Shown here: in pieces, positions 60,801 to 64,000 of the stretch | Layout: each line of letters starts with the position of its first letter | Numbering within the stretch: position 1 is the first letter of the stretch | Assembly: GCF_964355755.1 (NCBI RefSeq) | Contig: NC_092674.1 | Coordinates: forward strand, 1,054,001 to 1,118,000 | Direction: 5' to 3' | DNA: 64,000 nt | Source: Antedon mediterranea | Taxonomy: Eukaryota; Animalia; Echinodermata | Notes under the pieces: generated by a model | Database searches by the model: none | The model's input: only the letters and a program-made list of their open reading frames with translations | What the model was told of the DNA's origin: nothing | Position numbers and translations under genes: made by a program

Positions 60801-63800
60801 GTCTATCCATTGTTGAAAGAAGTGTGTACCCCTGGAAGACGTCAGCCCTTGATGTAGAGACGTCTTAGTTCGACACGTTGCCATTACACATATTCTGGTT
60901 CCTTGTCTGATTTCAGCCGTCATTAAATCTTTTAAAACTATAAATTGAATACAAAATCTAACCTTTAGAGATTCACTGAAGGTTTAACTTTTGTACTAAG
61001 TAGCTGAGTAGTCAACATATGCTGATAGTGGGTCTATTGGGATGAAGAATAATGACCACAAGAAAACCCCTCTTAAATAATGGTATGAACCAGTTTACCT
61101 TGCTCTAAATTCATCATTAGTTTGTACATATGTACACAAAAACCAAACAATTTTGTGGATAAAACATCACAAACCTTCGGCAATTCTCATACTGTAGAGG
61201 GCGTCAGGGCTTATCTCTTGTTCAGGCCCAAGAGGGGAACCAGTCAACTGGTCTAGATCATCTAGTAAGATAAGAGATGGTTGTCTCCAGGCAGCCTCAT
61301 TAAAGGCTTCCTCTAACCTTCGACGGACACTCTCAACACGTTTCCCTATTGAAATAAAACCTGGTTATAAACTCTATCATTATATGAATAGTGTAGTGGC
61401 TGCTATCAAACTTTATGTGACAACAAAATGTGATGTGTCCATATATAGACATGATGATGTCATATCAATACCATATTTGGACATATCACTACCATATAAG
61501 AATACCTTTCAAAGGTTTACACTCTAAGGTGTTAACGTAAACAAGCTGAGGCCAAGATGTTACTTCACGACAAAGAGCCATAGCCAATGTAGTCTTGCCA
61601 CTTCCTTTAGGTCCTGTAAGTATCAAACCACCCTGTTGAAGACCTGGTAGGCCACTACAAATCTGCTTTGATAAGGGTCTGATTGCTAGAGCTGTCTTGA
61701 TGTGATTTAAACCGGATTGGCCTAACTCTGATACACCTCTATGAATAAAATAAACATATTAATTCAATTTAATTAATTCCAAACAATAACACATACATCA
61801 CAGACCCGGGTTACTCCTACAGCGAACTCGAACGCTTTCGATGGGACGTCCCAGCCTGCAACTATTATTAATTAAAAATCTCTCTTGGATTAGAAATGTT
61901 TAAATAAACTTTAAACTGGTTTATATTTATTATATATTTTTAAGTGCATACCCAAGATCTCTTAGTCTGAATCCAGCCACTACAGAGTCAATTTGTCTGG
62001 TAGATCTGGGTGGGAGACTAGCTGATACATCAATCAGAGCAGTCTCACAGACACCAAACTTGACTTTCCTTGCAATGAATGGATGTAGAAGGAAGTATAT
62101 TTTCTGGTTAGCTTCTAATTGTTCAGTATTTATTGTTAGAACAAATTCCTCTTGCTCACCTATAAATAAGCAAACATCGTTTAACATTAAATTATTTCCA
62201 CAAATTTCTGTATAAAGCAATAGCAACAGCTATGAGCGCTAACTGGCTAAACCCAGCGGTCCCGGAGCTTATGAGAGCCCTGAGCAGTGCCCAGAGGAAA
62301 AAAAGGTATTAAAATATGTCGAAAAAGGCTAAACGTTAAAATCTTACCATCAGAACTTATTGGGAACTTGAGTAAGGAACTGCCTCCACATACAGGTATA
62401 GGCCATACCATACAACTGACACAGGATAGCCACTGTTGAAATGCACCCTCAATCTCGACTGCTGTCAACTTTCTTTTCTATTTCAAAATACAAGGTCACA
62501 GAAAAAAATAATGAAACTTTATTTGGATCTAAATTTAACACAAACAAACACAAAGTCACAGAAAAAAGAACATATATATAATTTTTTTTTTTATGTGGAT
62601 AATATTTCCATACTTGGAACTAAATTTAGAAATTTGTGACAATGCATGTCATAAATTTTTGACCAAATAATATCTGAACTGAGCTTTAAAATAAGTTACA
62701 ATTACATACCAGATGGTATAACGGACACAAGGTCATTGATTGCATCACGCTTGGTGACTCTGTGATTGGTTGAATGACCACCTTCGCTGTGACCTCAAGC
62801 TTTAGCTGTCTTCGTAGCAGGTCAGAGATCTGTAGTGTCCAAGGACTGGTGTCATCAAAGACTATCAAAGACTCACTGTCACGTCTGGTTTGAATGTCTT
62901 GGCTATTCAACACTACCCTCACTGCTGCATAATCTGTGTTTATATCAATGTATTGCACCGTGGGTTGTTGTTGACTAACATCCCCACCAGCTGCTGCATC
63001 CTCAACTTTCTCTGTTTTGTTCACTTGCGTCGAATCTTGCCTTTGTCTAGCCTCTTCGTGACGCTCTTTTGGCGACTTTAATTTGGTTATAATTGCGTAA
63101 AAACTGACATATTCTTCTTGCAATGGAAAATTTTGTTTACCAGGATCCATCGGCAGGTCAATAAGTGCGCCCTCAGCAGTTGACGATAAGTAAACTGTTG
63201 TCGGTTGCATTAAATGCGAGTATGAGTTCACTCCTGGGTCAGGGTTCTCTGTTCTTCTACAACTAGCTTCCACTCTTTCATAAGAGTCAATTAAGGTGTG
63301 AACTCTTGCAACAATATTACAGTCTTTTAGTAGCTCTCTTGCTATAGCTTTTTGTCTTTCTTTATCTAATGATAACTTTCCTTGTTCAATGGCGCTCTCT
63401 CCCGACTCTTCAATGCTCATGAAAGACTTAATATAAGACCATAAACGGTACGCCCATGGCAGTGAATCATCAAACTCATAATCAGTCACCTCTTCACTAG
63501 GTAATTCTTCTTCATTACCCAATTGTTCATCAGTCTGGCTTCTGTATAAAGGAATATTCCCAGTGGAACCAAAATCACTAACATATCCCGACGTCATACT
63601 TTCTCCAATTGACGCAAGACTAGAGGGAGTTTCTGCCTTCACAGCTGGTCGCCCTCCTCCTCCTCCTCCGCTACCAACATTCTTTACATTAAAATCAGAA
63701 GGAACGCTTACACTTGCACTGCCCTGTTGTAGACTCTTGACAGTGGTAGAAGGAGAAGGTGTGTTGCCAGCCAGGGTATTTGTCCTATCTTTTGGGATGA

Positions 63801-63858
63801 TGGATAACTCACTGTACGGCTCTAGACGTATGCATTTCTCAGCTGGCTCAATTTCACC
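54820..63858 (-). CDS. PEX1: Peroxisome biogenesis AAA+ ATPase PEX1 (5' exons lie beyond the right edge)
   Basis: D1 Walker A GPKGSGKT (~61590-61613) and D1 LLDDLD. D2 [18 protein letters not shown] (~58200-58260), [80 protein letters not shown] and [16 protein letters not shown]-terminus ...KRATLA* with stop at 54820-54822. About 16 GT-AG exons. Confidence 0.95.
55045..55320 (-). mobile_element. tRNA-derived SINE in the last PEX1 intron
   Basis: Minus strand starts agagtggccgagcggttaagacg (A box) with a degenerate B box (gattcaagcc). The body ctataaaccataggtcc...gtgcactttaaagaacc...gagtagggg resembles the Nin SINE core as I recall it. Confidence 0.65.
57033..57190 (+). mobile_element. tRNA-derived SINE head in a PEX1 intron
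   Basis: A box tagcttggtggtt and B box ggttcaatccc at tRNA spacing. No intact acceptor stem. Confidence 0.55.
58436..59840 (-). mobile_element. Non-autonomous Helentron/Helitron2-type (HINE/DINE-1-like) element in a PEX1 intron
   Basis: Minus-strand 5' end: ttattaggttatatgcat-gat-atgcatataacct inverted repeat, then a (TTTA)n microsatellite. 3' end: subterminal repeat atgcatataacct, hairpin aattcgtca-tag-tgacgaatt, then ctagt. T-rich flanks. Confidence 0.7.
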
Positions 63859-64000
63859 TGTAAGATAAAATAAATAATTTTGATTTATGACATATAAAAC
63901 TAAAAATGCAATTAATTTAAGCTCTATCTACACTATATGTGAAAAAAAATGTGATGTGCTCATATACTGTACTGTATGGACATGATGTCATATCACTACC

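Noticed and set aside
54820-63858. Assignment as PEX6, VCP/p97 or NVL
   Set aside because: [52 protein letters not shown] and the C-terminal TLA* are characteristic of PEX1.

Overview
AT-rich, intron-containing eukaryotic (metazoan, probably marine invertebrate) DNA. All exon models were read by hand from GT-AG sites and reading-frame phase. (1) 4-44 kb is a + strand tandem cluster of LRP/YWTD-type single-pass receptor genes with no LDLa repeats. It holds the 3' end of gene A, gene B (two [propeller-EGF-propeller] modules), gene C (one module) and gene D (one module plus a Pro/Thr stalk). Gene D exon 2 is split by a 3.3 kb Academ-type transposon with a TAT target-site duplication. The paralogs share a near-identical scaffold, differ in short loops, and carry unrelated cytoplasmic tails, repeat-expanded in B and C. 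A 61-bp minisatellite amplifies one exon end plus its splice donor 24, about 10, 2 and 1 times across the four modules. (2) 44.5-54.3 kb holds an apparently intact spliced DDE transposase gene (DUF6729-like) between two blocks of one foldback-like repeat. (3) 54.8-64 kb is the 3' part of PEX1 on the - strand. Other elements: a second Academ copy, a LINE RT remnant, a Penelope remnant with inverted pLTRs and hammerhead-like motifs, Helitron/Helentron-type elements, MITEs and tRNA-derived SINEs.
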